NCBI GenBank assembly: GCA_048938445.1
Contig: JBHLME010000064.1
Span: 1 to 24,544, forward strand
DNA length: 24,544 nt
From: Promethearchaeota archaeon
GTDB taxonomy: Archaea > Asgardarchaeota > Lokiarchaeia > Sigyniarchaeales > SOKP01
Direction of reading: 5' to 3'
A program made the translations under genes and the position numbers. The notes beneath the pieces were generated by a model, which was not told the origin of the DNA, made no database searches, and saw only the letters and a program-made list of their open reading frames with translations. Below are positions 1 to 7,090 of this stretch, piece by piece; position 1 is the stretch's first letter, and each line of letters begins with the position of its first letter.

Positions 1-590
1 GTATAATAAATTATCTCATCAATTTCTTTTTCCATAAATTTTGGTCTAAATAAGTGGCGGAATCTACCCATAGATTTCAAATATTCTACAAATTTATCTT
101 TATCTATTTCTAAACCTCGAAAATATGAAAAACTTGGCATCCCATCTTTTACTCTTATTGTATATAATGGCCAATACCCACAATCAGTGGCAAGTCTGGA
201 AATTTTTACTGCATCTTCAGATGCATGCCTCCAACCTCTCATACAATCTGCATATGATTGAATGAAAGAACCTCCATTTGTTTTTAATGCTTCAACAATC
301 TTTCCCATTAAATCATTTGGATACGCAGGATTTACTGTTGCTAAGAAGGTTGATTTTGTACCATAAAATCCAAATGGAGTCACAAGATCCTGTTTCACAC
401 CAACTTTACCTGGGACTTTTTCTCCTGCAGGACCTGTAGTTGTTGAGGCAAATGGTGGTGTTCCCCCTGATTCCTGAATACCAGTATTCATAAAGGCTTC
501 ATTGTCATAATTTAGAAATAACACATTACATTTACCATCTCTTGTTAATAAATCATCCATTTTAATAATATTTCTTTCTGGAGCCGACAT
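1..590 (-). CDS. porB: 2-oxoacid:ferredoxin oxidoreductase beta subunit (PorB-like); runs off the left edge; N-terminal Fe-S/GDG region absent from the visible part
   Basis: Hand translation from ATG at 590, open to the edge: MSAPERNIIKMDDLLTRDGKCNVLFLNYDNEAFMNTGIQESGGTPPFASTTT...DCMRGW...LATDCGYWPLY...MGRFRHL. YDNEAxMNTGIQ, CxxGW, GYWPLY and GRFRHL are PorB signatures. Starts 2 nt after the porA stop. Confidence 0.85.
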   Translation of the reverse strand, partial: MSAPERNIIKMDDLLTRDGKCNVLFLNYDNEAFMNTGIQESGGTPPFASTTTGPAGEKVPGKVGVKQDLVTPFGFYGTKSTFLATVNPAYPNDLMGKIVEALKTNGGSFIQSYADCMRGWRHASEDAVKISRLATDCGYWPLYTIRVKDGMPSFSYFRGLEIDKDKFVEYLKSMGRFRHLFRPKFMEKEIDEIIYY

Positions 591-592
591 CT

Positions 593-1822
593 TTAATTTT
601 TCACCCCATGAATTTTATCTTTTGTTTCTCTTACACCAAGATATGAATAGAGTGGCCCTTTCATATCTGTTACAATTTCCATCTTCTTTTTAGCTATATC
701 AAATTCGTCTCTTGTAACGTCTCGACCTCCTAAACCTACTATAAAACTTCTAAAAAGTGTTCCGAGTGGATATAACGCTGATGCAATTGTCATTGAAAAT
801 GGAGGCAATAATCCATTTAAAGAATCTGATTTCTCCAATATGATTAGCTTCTCTATATTATAATCTTGAATAATTTTTTGTAAATCTTCGTATGGAAAAG
901 GACGGTAGGTTTTGATTTTAATAAGCCCCACATCCTTATGTTTTGTCATATAACTTATGATATTTCCACACATGGAGCCCATTGTTATGAAAGCTGTTTT
1001 TGTATGATTGTCTAAATTGAAAGTCCTGATTGATTTGTATGCTCTTCCTGTCTCTTTTTCAAATTTTTTATATACATTACCTAATATTCCTAAGACAGTC
1101 TTTTTTGCCTCATCCAGATTTTTTCTTCCCTCCATAAAGAAGCTCGGAGTAACTATTCCACCCCATGTTCCTGGATGTTCAGGATCAATTATGTGTCTTT
1201 TTTTCTTTGGCGTAAGATTTCTAACCACTTCATCCGGAATAAGCGTCAAATTTTGAACAGAATGAGATATAATAAAACCGTCATGAACAAACATAGTTGG
1301 AAATAATGAATCCTCTGCGATCATTACTGAAAGAATTGCAGCATCGTATGTCTCTTGTACATTTTCAGATACAATACAATTCCATCCTAGTTCAGAGTTA
1401 GTCATAGTAAACTCCCAGCTATTCCAAATTGATAAGTTTGGAGCATTAAATGCTCTCGCTGAGATCATCATCGTAAGAGGGACTCTCCATCCAACAGCCA
1501 TGGGTAATGCTTCAGTCATTAATAAATACCCCTGTGAAGCTGTTGCTGTAAAGGTTCTAGCTCCTGCAGCACATGCTGCTGTCGAATAACTTAATGCAGC
1601 TAATTCTGACTCAACATTTATAAAAGCAGCTTTTAATCTTCCTTGATGTACAACATCTGATAACCCTTCAACAGATTGTGTTTGAGGTGTGATAGGAAAT
1701 GCACATATCACGTCCGGATCTGTTTGTGTGATACCACCAGCTACAGCATAATTACCAATCATTGTAGTTTTGATTGGTTCTTTAATTTCTTTGAAAAAGA
1801 TTTTCATTGGTTCTATTGACAT
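593..1822 (-). CDS. porA: Pyruvate/2-ketoisovalerate-type OFOR alpha subunit
   Basis: AFPITPQT, NVESE, RTFTATASQG, DGFIISH, IKTYRPFP and GLGGRD motifs; flanked by gamma-delta and beta genes. Substrate not assignable. Confidence 0.92.
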   Translation of the reverse strand: MSIEPMKIFFKEIKEPIKTTMIGNYAVAGGITQTDPDVICAFPITPQTQSVEGLSDVVHQGRLKAAFINVESELAALSYSTAACAAGARTFTATASQGYLLMTEALPMAVGWRVPLTMMISARAFNAPNLSIWNSWEFTMTNSELGWNCIVSENVQETYDAAILSVMIAEDSLFPTMFVHDGFIISHSVQNLTLIPDEVVRNLTPKKKRHIIDPEHPGTWGGIVTPSFFMEGRKNLDEAKKTVLGILGNVYKKFEKETGRAYKSIRTFNLDNHTKTAFITMGSMCGNIISYMTKHKDVGLIKIKTYRPFPYEDLQKIIQDYNIEKLIILEKSDSLNGLLPPFSMTIASALYPLGTLFRSFIVGLGGRDVTRDEFDIAKKKMEIVTDMKGPLYSYLGVRETKDKIHGVKN

Positions 1823-1824
1823 CT

Positions 1825-2823
1825 TTAATTACCTCCTCCTTCTTCAGGTGCAGCGCATGATGCTGGACCTTGTTTTAATTTTTTACTAATAGCATTTACA
1901 GGACAGATTTCTAAGCAATTTTGACATGATTTACAATGATATATATCAATTCCTGCCATATGATATAATCCATCCTCTCCTTTTTCTCTTAAAATTGTAA
2001 AATCTGGACAGATAAACCAACATTGAGCGCAATCAGTACATTTTTCTTTGTCCCAAATCATTTCCCATTCTCCCCAAGATCCTGTGTTTACTTGGTCACT
2101 TCCAACTTTAATAACCTGTTCATCGGAATACCATACTCCTGCTTTATCTAGTTCTTTATAACCTGGAAAACCTAACTCAACTTGTTGCCAAGGGACTTTT
2201 GTATCCTTAGTAAAGTCTATATCGATTCCCATGTCATAAAGGCAAGTCTCTTCATGTGCCTGCTTAATCGCAGCAATGTTTTTAGCAGCAATTTCTCCTT
2301 TAAATCTTCTCATTATTGCGTCTGCTAGCTCATCAATCGAAAAAAGATGAGAAACTCGAATTAATGATCCTAAAATAATTGTATTTGTAATATTTTTCCC
2401 TAAAACATCTAGCGCAATTCTGGTAGCATCTATTGTAGCTATGTTAATATCTTTTCTTTTTACTATATCTTGAATCTCGACTTGGTTCATCACTGTGTTC
2501 ACAATCAACCATCCACCTTTGGGCATTCCAACAACAACATCAACTTCGGTAAGTAATGTTGGATCTAAAACAGAAACGAAATGTGGACCATATACTTGTT
2601 CATTTGATCTAATTAATTCATAATGATAAGAAAGACGAACATAACTTTCAGTTGGACTTCCTGCACGTTCAGCACCGAATTTTGGCTGACAGATCCCCCG
2701 ACCCTTAAAAGCTTCAACACATAAATTACTCGCAGTAACACCTCCTTGACCACCTCTGGCATGAAATCGAAGATTAACACAGTTATTTTTTAAGATATCA
2801 TCAACTTGTTCTTTTGTCAACAT
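1825..2823 (-). CDS. OFOR gamma-delta fusion (gamma domain plus 2x[4Fe-4S] ferredoxin)
   Basis: N-terminal RFHARGGQG, FGAERAGSP, IDATRIA, NTIILG (gamma); C-terminal NTGSW, CTDCAQCWFICPD and CKSCQNCLEICP (delta). Confidence 0.92.
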   Translation of the reverse strand: MLTKEQVDDILKNNCVNLRFHARGGQGGVTASNLCVEAFKGRGICQPKFGAERAGSPTESYVRLSYHYELIRSNEQVYGPHFVSVLDPTLLTEVDVVVGMPKGGWLIVNTVMNQVEIQDIVKRKDINIATIDATRIALDVLGKNITNTIILGSLIRVSHLFSIDELADAIMRRFKGEIAAKNIAAIKQAHEETCLYDMGIDIDFTKDTKVPWQQVELGFPGYKELDKAGVWYSDEQVIKVGSDQVNTGSWGEWEMIWDKEKCTDCAQCWFICPDFTILREKGEDGLYHMAGIDIYHCKSCQNCLEICPVNAISKKLKQGPASCAAPEEGGGN

Positions 2824-2995
2824 TTTTATAAGTACTCTATTATTCGTTCCTAATTATTGAAATGTTTTACTAAGTAATTTGTGATTATTAAAAAAATTTT
2901 GCTCTAGAATTTAATCTTTTTACTTTAATTTTAAAAAATATTGCAGTTTTAGCGTTAATTACAGAATTAGGTAAAAAGATTTTAAAAAAATAAAT

Positions 2996-3790
2996 TCATT
3001 CATGTGATAACAATTTTTTGGTTAGGTCAGATGCTGATTCTGCAGATGTATATATTTTTTTCAAGTACTTAAATGTTGGATCCCCCGTTTTACTTTTCAT
3101 CATAGCAAGTTCGGCATTTCCCTGTATCGAATTTAATAGATCTAATAGATGTTGTATGTTAGATTGAATCAAATCTTTTTCTTTATTAATTTGTTTACGA
3201 TCTATATTTTCAATGATTTTATAACTTCCTCCACTTTTAGCAAGTACAAATTGATGAGAATTAGCTATATCTAAGAGTTCAAATTTATTAAACCTAGTAA
3301 TTGGATAAGAACAAATTGCAATCATCCTATAATCTCCAATGATATTAGATATATGAATTTCATAATCAATGAAACGCTCTAAATCCCTTTTATCTATCCA
3401 ACGAATGTCCCCCGTTACTCTTAAACCATTATATCCCTTTGTTATTGCCTGATTGAGATAATAAGTCCCCTTTTCAATAACTTTTTCGAGATTAAGTACA
3501 TCCTTTTTTAAATACCATTTTGTATAAGGTATAATTTTTATTTGTCCTTTTTCTAAACAATCGTCAAAATCAGTTACAGCTTCTCTTAAAGCATCTTTAG
3601 CAAATTCAGGACTCAAATCTTCTGAAGTAATCCAAATGCAAAATTCATTATTTTTCAGACCTACTTGAAAATATGGTACTAAGAGATTAAGTAATTCATA
3701 TTTGTTATGATAAAAATAACAAAAATGTGTTCCCCAAATTAATTTTTTAACGATTTCAATCTCGCTATAAGTAGTATTATTTGAAATCAA
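2996..3790 (-). CDS. MEDS sensory-domain protein with a C-terminal HisKA-like helical tail and no ATPase domain
   Basis: WGTHFCYFY, GLKNNEFCIWI, GYNGLRVTGD, ICSYP and SHQF match the MEDS domain; the tail IQGNAELAMM...SASDLTKKLL resembles a kinase dimerization domain. TTG start uncertain. Confidence 0.8.
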   Translation of the reverse strand: MISNNTTYSEIEIVKKLIWGTHFCYFYHNKYELLNLLVPYFQVGLKNNEFCIWITSEDLSPEFAKDALREAVTDFDDCLEKGQIKIIPYTKWYLKKDVLNLEKVIEKGTYYLNQAITKGYNGLRVTGDIRWIDKRDLERFIDYEIHISNIIGDYRMIAICSYPITRFNKFELLDIANSHQFVLAKSGGSYKIIENIDRKQINKEKDLIQSNIQHLLDLLNSIQGNAELAMMKSKTGDPTFKYLKKIYTSAESASDLTKKLLSHE

Positions 3791-3823
3791 AATTTCAAAA
3801 TCATCATTTTTAATTTTTTACAG

Positions 3824-3867
3824 TTTCGTAATATTTAATGTTCTTCAATTTTTTAAATATTATGAAA
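3824..3867. repeat. 15-bp inverted repeat (one mismatch, 14-nt spacer) upstream of the MEDS gene
   Basis: TTTCGTAATATTTAA (3824-3838) versus TTAAATATTATGAAA (3853-3867). Function unknown; AT-rich context. Confidence 0.45.
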
Positions 3868-3987
3868 ATTCAATAATTTAAGTCATATCACCTTTGAAGT
3901 GAAATATATTTCTAAAGGGAAACCATTAATTTATGAATTTAATTTTTTAAATAGCATTTCCATTTAATAGCATTATATTGCTATATT

Positions 3988-4503
3988 TCAAATATCCTTC
4001 TCAATAACACTATCAATTGCTTTAACATAATCAGGTTTGTATTTCGTTTTTAATAAGTTAGCATTACCCAAAGCAATTAATTTCCGGTTCATATTCAATA
4101 TTTGTGATGCGGCATGAATAATATTTCGTCCTTCACGAACGAGACTACCTTTTACACGAATTTTTTCGCCAACTTTAACTTTTCCTAGATAATCTACATG
4201 AAAATCAATTGTTATTAAAAAGCCCTCATAACCCAGAGTTGCCGTCATCATACCAATTGTATCATCCATCAATCCACACTGCATTCCACCATGAAGTAAC
4301 CCTGTTGGATTAGCCCATTCGGGTCTAACTTCGAATTCTAACTCGATTTCGCCCCTATCTGCATGAATAATTGAACCATTCAACCATTTTGAAAAAGGAG
4401 GAATCGGCCCGGGAAACTCACCAACATTTCTTCCTTTTATAGCATTAAACAATTTAAGAATCCTCTCAGATCTTCTCTTGATTTTTTTTTCATCCTCAAT
4501 CAA
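3988..4503 (-). CDS. PaaI-family hotdog-fold acyl-CoA thioesterase
   Basis: NPTGLLHGG...LMDD motif, TIDFHVDYL, 171 aa. Confidence 0.9.
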   Translation of the reverse strand: MIEDEKKIKRRSERILKLFNAIKGRNVGEFPGPIPPFSKWLNGSIIHADRGEIELEFEVRPEWANPTGLLHGGMQCGLMDDTIGMMTATLGYEGFLITIDFHVDYLGKVKVGEKIRVKGSLVREGRNIIHAASQILNMNRKLIALGNANLLKTKYKPDYVKAIDSVIEKDI

Positions 4504-4739
4504 TTGAATCCCTTCTAAAATTATTCCATTTTTATATAGGTTTAATTAAATTATAACCTAATATGTTAAGCACATAAATTAATTAAATCTTTTTAATATA
4601 TAATTGAATGTCTTGAAATTCTAAATTTAGTGTTTAAATATATTTTGATAAATTTTAGGAAACAGTTTTAAATTATAAAGTTTTATTTGTTATTTAGTTA
4701 TTCAAATTCATAAAAAATAGGTTAAGAATGTAGATTTAA

Positions 4740-5537
4740 ATGTATTCAAATACTCAAACTTTTGAAGTAGAAAACAAAGATTTAGAAATTATTCAACAAG
4801 AAATTAAAAATCTTTTACAAAATACGTTAGATTTCAATACTATGACTGAAAGTACCATCTCTTTTTTTGATAAAAAAACTTCTATAGAAGAATTAAAAAA
4901 GAATAAAATAGTAATTCGACAAGATCAAAAAAAGTTATTGATTGAAGTTATGGGCAATTTAACCGAAGGTCAAAATAATGTTTTATGGCAAGAATTAAAC
5001 AAAATAGCAAAATTATTTAAAAGTAAACCACAGATTAAGATATCAGAAAAAGAACTCATCAACAATATTATTAAGCGAATCAAAGCAGAAGGCTTCAACT
5101 TTAAAATAGAAGATGCTCAAAAATTTATTATTAATTTTCAAAGAAAATTCAATCGATTACCAGAAATAAACGAGATTGAATCAATTGGTTATGGATATAT
5201 TATGATGCTTAATCAAGAAATGTCAGCCGATAATATTGATTATGAAACAGTATGGAAAGAGAAATTTTCTGAAGATCTTGAAGAGTCTTTAGTTGAGACT
5301 TCATCAAACAAAAAAGGCCTGCTAATTAAAGAAAAAAATGATGAATTGTTAACTGAAAACGGATATTTAGAAGTATCAAAGCCATTAGGGAGGCGTGTAT
5401 GTCCTAAATGTGGTAATCAAAGTGTAAACTCAATCCGTGAATTGGAAGATAAGAACTTCATAATTTCCGAATTTCCAAAAATGTATGGAAAGAAATATCA
5501 GTGCCGAATGTGTAATTGTGAATGGAAAGAAATATAA
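4740..5537 (+). CDS. Hypothetical protein with C-terminal zinc ribbon
   Basis: 265-aa ORF; C-terminal CPKC...YGKKYQCRMC..EW; acidic linker before it. Confidence 0.75.
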   Translation: MYSNTQTFEVENKDLEIIQQEIKNLLQNTLDFNTMTESTISFFDKKTSIEELKKNKIVIRQDQKKLLIEVMGNLTEGQNNVLWQELNKIAKLFKSKPQIKISEKELINNIIKRIKAEGFNFKIEDAQKFIINFQRKFNRLPEINEIESIGYGYIMMLNQEMSADNIDYETVWKEKFSEDLEESLVETSSNKKGLLIKEKNDELLTENGYLEVSKPLGRRVCPKCGNQSVNSIRELEDKNFIISEFPKMYGKKYQCRMCNCEWKEI

Positions 5538-5640
5538 AAATAAATAACTAATCAGTAATTTAGTTATAATGTAAGATATTTTTATTTTTTTAACTATTTT
5601 TTTAATTAAATATTAACTAATGATTTATTTTTTAATTTAA

Positions 5641-7077
5641 ATGACGTATTTCGAGTGTTCTGACATAAACGTAAAAGACATTTCCTTTATTAATAATATT
5701 AAATCAATGGCCGTTATCGGTACATCTAAAAAACGAAGTTTCTTCTTTTTAAAAAACCATCAAGAAAATTTTAAAGGAAAGCTTTATGCTGTAAATCCAA
5801 CAATAGAAGAAATTCCTGGATTCGATAAAAATTATATATATCCTTCATTAAAGGATATTCCTGGTGAAGTTGATTTTGTTTTCATAGCTGTTCCGCCCTC
5901 ATTAATTTTGGAAGTAATGGATGAGTGTGTTGAAAAAGGTGTAAAACTAGCAACTGTTTTTACAGCAGAATTTTCAGACTCCGGGACAAAAGAAGGTTTA
6001 GAATTAGAGAAAGAATTACTAAGAAGAGCTAAAAATAAAGTTCGTTTACTAGGCCCTAATGGATTAGGCCTGTATTATCCTAAATTAGGTATAGCATGGA
6101 GGCCTAAATTTTCAGCAGAGAGCGGCAACATCTCATTTTTGGCACAATCTGGAGGATTATGTAATTTGGTAATTTACGGTGCTAATCATTTGGGAATGCA
6201 TTTTAGCAAGGTTTTCTCTTTCGGAAATGGTGCTGATTTAGATTTTGTTGATTTGCTCTATTTTTTAATTAACGATCCCGAGACTAATATTATCCTATGT
6301 TATATTGAGGGAATTAAAAAAGAAAGAGGATATGAATTAACAAAAGTTTTAAAACGAAATAAAAAACCTATAGCAATTGTAAGAGGTGGTCAAACTAAAA
6401 TTGGTTCCATCGCTGCCAAAACACATACAGCTACAATTTCAGGAGAAAATCAGATTTGGAGAGCGATTTTCCAACAAAACAATATAATTGAATTAGATTC
6501 AATAGAACAAATAATATCTTTTGCTTATTTAATAAAATCATATGGCCTTTTTGAGTTAAATAATCTCGCCCTTCTTAGTAGTAGTGGAGGATATGGAGTT
6601 ATTTTAGCCGACTTAATTGAAAAAAAGGGAATAAATATTCCTCAGTTCAGTCCTGACATTCAAAATCAAATAACATTACAATTTTATCTACTCGGGACAA
6701 GCTTCAAAAATCCATTAGATGTTTCTGCTCAAGTTTTCAATAGTGAAGCCATTTATAAAATTATAGAGCTAGTTCTAAAAGATAAAAGGATAGATGGACT
6801 AGTAGTAGATTTGCCCAGTTATTATTTCAATAGTGATTATTCATTTAGGATTGAATTAGATCAAAATTATGAAAATAAAATGATTGAAGCTTTAGCCTTG
6901 GGTCATAAATATAGAAAACCCTTAATTCCAATAATAAAACGAATTAATTGTCCTGAAGATTGGAATAGACTCTTTAAAAAGTTATCTGAAAGGAACGTTC
7001 CAGTATTTGACGATCCTCAAGAATTTATACCTTTATTACCTAAAATCTCAAAATTTATACGAAAAACAAAAAAGTAG
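5641..7077 (+). CDS. acdA: Acyl-CoA synthetase (NDP-forming) alpha-type subunit, CoA-binding
   Basis: MAVIGTS, YAVNP, YPSLKDIPGEVD, RLLGPNGLG, AQSGG, SFGNGADL, phospho-His motif AAKTHT, NPLD. No ATP-grasp domain in this ORF. Confidence 0.88.
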   Translation: MTYFECSDINVKDISFINNIKSMAVIGTSKKRSFFFLKNHQENFKGKLYAVNPTIEEIPGFDKNYIYPSLKDIPGEVDFVFIAVPPSLILEVMDECVEKGVKLATVFTAEFSDSGTKEGLELEKELLRRAKNKVRLLGPNGLGLYYPKLGIAWRPKFSAESGNISFLAQSGGLCNLVIYGANHLGMHFSKVFSFGNGADLDFVDLLYFLINDPETNIILCYIEGIKKERGYELTKVLKRNKKPIAIVRGGQTKIGSIAAKTHTATISGENQIWRAIFQQNNIIELDSIEQIISFAYLIKSYGLFELNNLALLSSSGGYGVILADLIEKKGINIPQFSPDIQNQITLQFYLLGTSFKNPLDVSAQVFNSEAIYKIIELVLKDKRIDGLVVDLPSYYFNSDYSFRIELDQNYENKMIEALALGHKYRKPLIPIIKRINCPEDWNRLFKKLSERNVPVFDDPQEFIPLLPKISKFIRKTKK

Positions 7078-7090
7078 AGTGTGTTAGAAA

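Noticed and set aside
1008-1256. 82-aa plus-strand ORF
   Set aside because: Antisense shadow inside porA; no motifs.
593-2823. Oxalate oxidoreductase, suggested by the gamma-delta fusion
   Set aside because: Alpha has PITP, not the PIRP motif.
3790-3892. Upstream GGTGAT-ATG (3886) in frame with the MEDS gene, suggesting an extension or readthrough
   Set aside because: Several in-frame stops of different types intervene.
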